This document shows positions 26,268 to 27,480 of a stretch of 27,480 nucleotides of DNA, piece by piece (the first letter of the stretch is position 1; the number at the start of each line of letters is the position of its first letter). A program made the translations under genes and the position numbers. The stretch comes from a virus (lineage: Duplodnaviria; Caudoviricetes). The notes below the pieces were generated by a model that worked only from the letters and a program-made list of their open reading frames with translations, made no database searches and was not told the DNA's origin. The stretch is from positions 1 to 27,480 of the IMG/VR virus record IMGVR_UViG_3300025084_000168; one strand, given 5' to 3'.

Positions 26268-26592
26268 ACCAGTTTATATTAATTTTTACACTCTTTGTAT
26301 CTAAATCTAAAAGCTTACTAAGTAAATAGTTCTTACCTTCTTTTCTAAGTGCTTTTTTATCTTTAAATTTCTTAACATAGTTATTTAAAGTATTGTAATC
26401 CTTAATACCTAATACTTTAGCAGCTGCTTTTTTAGAATCAGGACTACATATATTAATATCTCCTAAACCTGCAGCACAGTCTACTAAAGATGATAAAACT
26501 TTTAGCTCCATACTAGTTAGATTAAAAATACCATTCCAAACTTGTAAAAATTTGTACGTAGAGTTTACGTTAATCGTTATTTTCTTCTCCAT
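26260..26592 (-). CDS. Putative winged-helix DNA-binding protein
   Basis: LTSMELKVL...KKAAAKVLGIKDYNTLNNYVKKFKDKKAL...wing; basic composition. Confidence 0.55.
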   Translation of the reverse strand: MEKKITINVNSTYKFLQVWNGIFNLTSMELKVLSSLVDCAAGLGDINICSPDSKKAAAKVLGIKDYNTLNNYVKKFKDKKALRKEGKNYLLSKLLDLDTKSVKININWYE

Positions 26593-26755
26593 CTTGATTT
26601 TTTTCTTCCTTCTCCTTTAGATATGCAGCAAGAATTGCTTCATACTGCTGTATCTTAAGAGTCTGTTCTTTTAATAAATCATATACACGGTAATCAACTT
26701 TCATTGGTCCTCCATCTATATATATTCTTTTCTTATTTGGTTTTTTCGTCTGCAT
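26570..26755 (-). CDS. Hypothetical protein
   Basis: 61 aa ORF overlapping both neighbours in an operon-like chain. Confidence 0.6.
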   Translation of the reverse strand: MQTKKPNKKRIYIDGGPMKVDYRVYDLLKEQTLKIQQYEAILAAYLKEKEEKNQDGEENND

Positions 26756-26924
26756 CGTCTTTTACTGTTACTATTATTGTGTACTCATGATCTCCTATAA
26801 AGATTTGTATATCCCAGGTAGCATCAATATTTTTTTCTGACCACATAGTTAGTTTACTTTCAAATTCATCATACAATTCAAAGAGCTCATCAAAGCTCTC
26901 CGTCTGAAACTTTGTTCGTATCAT
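26733..26924 (-). CDS. Hypothetical protein
   Basis: 63 aa acidic ORF in the same overlapping chain. Confidence 0.6.
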   Translation of the reverse strand: MIRTKFQTESFDELFELYDEFESKLTMWSEKNIDATWDIQIFIGDHEYTIIVTVKDDADEKTK

Positions 26925-27162
26925 CTTTAAATTCTATTGTGGCTCTACCATTATCTATAACAATCTTAGCTGTGGTAGCTTGCCTATTAAATTCTTCTAC
27001 ATACTGAGTTATATCAGACCTGGTACACAGAAAAGATAGAAATACAGACATCTCCTTAGCCGCTCTAGACGTATTGTCTTTAAGCGTACTAACGTTTTGA
27101 TTGTATTCTACCAAATCTAAGTAGTCTTTTAAATCTATGGTTACAGTACCTGGAATCTTCAT
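26890..27162 (-). CDS. Hypothetical protein
   Basis: 90 aa. Its ATG overlaps the groES stop (TAATG). Confidence 0.65.
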   Translation of the reverse strand: MKIPGTVTIDLKDYLDLVEYNQNVSTLKDNTSRAAKEMSVFLSFLCTRSDITQYVEEFNRQATTAKIVIDNGRATIEFKDDTNKVSDGEL

Positions 27163-27437
27163 TAGAATTTACCTAATACCTGAAACTCATTTACAAACAA
27201 GTAAGGCCTATCTTCTATATGAATAAGCATAGCCTCTGTGTTAGGGTCTACCATAATAGTATCTCCTACCTTAGTTTGCGTAACTTGCGGGCCTACCGCC
27301 AATACTTCTACTATGTTTGTTTGTAATGCTTTTGCAGTTGCGTCATCAAGGATGATTCCTGATTCTGTCTTTTTTGCATCTGGACGTGGTACAATGATCC
27401 ACGCTCCGAAGGGTTGAAATGTTAATTCCTTTGCCAT
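27162..27437 (-). CDS. groES: GroES/Cpn10-like co-chaperonin
   Basis: FQPFGAWIIV, mobile loop KTESGIIL, EVLAVGP, KVGDTIMV and terminal QVLGKF follow the Cpn10 pattern. Confidence 0.88.
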   Translation of the reverse strand: MAKELTFQPFGAWIIVPRPDAKKTESGIILDDATAKALQTNIVEVLAVGPQVTQTKVGDTIMVDPNTEAMLIHIEDRPYLFVNEFQVLGKF

Positions 27438-27462
27438 TATTTCTATAATTTGGTTAATGCTA

Positions 27463-27470
27463 CAAAGTTA
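27463..27470 (-). promoter_or_regulatory. TAnnTTTG -7 element upstream of groES
   Basis: TAACTTTG, 25 nt upstream of the ATG. The -33 region would lie beyond the window. Confidence 0.55.
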
Positions 27471-27480
27471 TAAAAAAATA

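Noticed and set aside
1-27480. Alternative genetic code (TAG/TGA reassignment, as in some crAss-like phages)
   Set aside because: Long genes are intact under code 11, and TAG (6168, 14285, 25012) and TGA (19098, 26260) terminate genes right next to the following start or intergenic signals.

Overview
The whole window is a gene-dense, minus-strand late (virion morphogenesis) module of a crAss-like (Crassvirales-type) tailed phage, most likely infecting an aquatic Bacteroidota host. Evidence for the host is the TAnnTTTG promoter elements, AT-rich leaders without Shine-Dalgarno sites, a T9SS sorting signal and Gln at +1 of the signal peptides. Reading from 27437 downwards, the order is: GroES-like co-chaperonin, small DNA-/Zn-binding and HU/IHF-like genes, candidate TerS, terminase large subunit (broken by a perfect 62-bp tandem duplication), portal, a 528-aa probable cargo protein, acidic scaffold, major capsid protein, conserved crAss-type head/ring/decoration genes, Cys-rich tail-hub-like genes (one expanded to ~1420 aa), a tail fibre with chaperone-like partner, a four-gene host-envelope cassette, two paralogous small beta proteins, a DUF5675 candidate endolysin, and a second tail fibre running off the left edge (missing from the ORF track). 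The most unusual element is the translationally coupled cassette at 2509-6163. It encodes a signal-peptide outer-membrane beta-barrel, a single-TM coiled-coil protein, an exported CXXC-less thioredoxin-fold protein, and a Cys/Asp-repeat protein ending in a type A T9SS C-terminal sorting domain, i.e. a phage apparently built to use the host's Sec/BAM/T9SS machinery. All family assignments come from motif recognition and synteny, not database searches.
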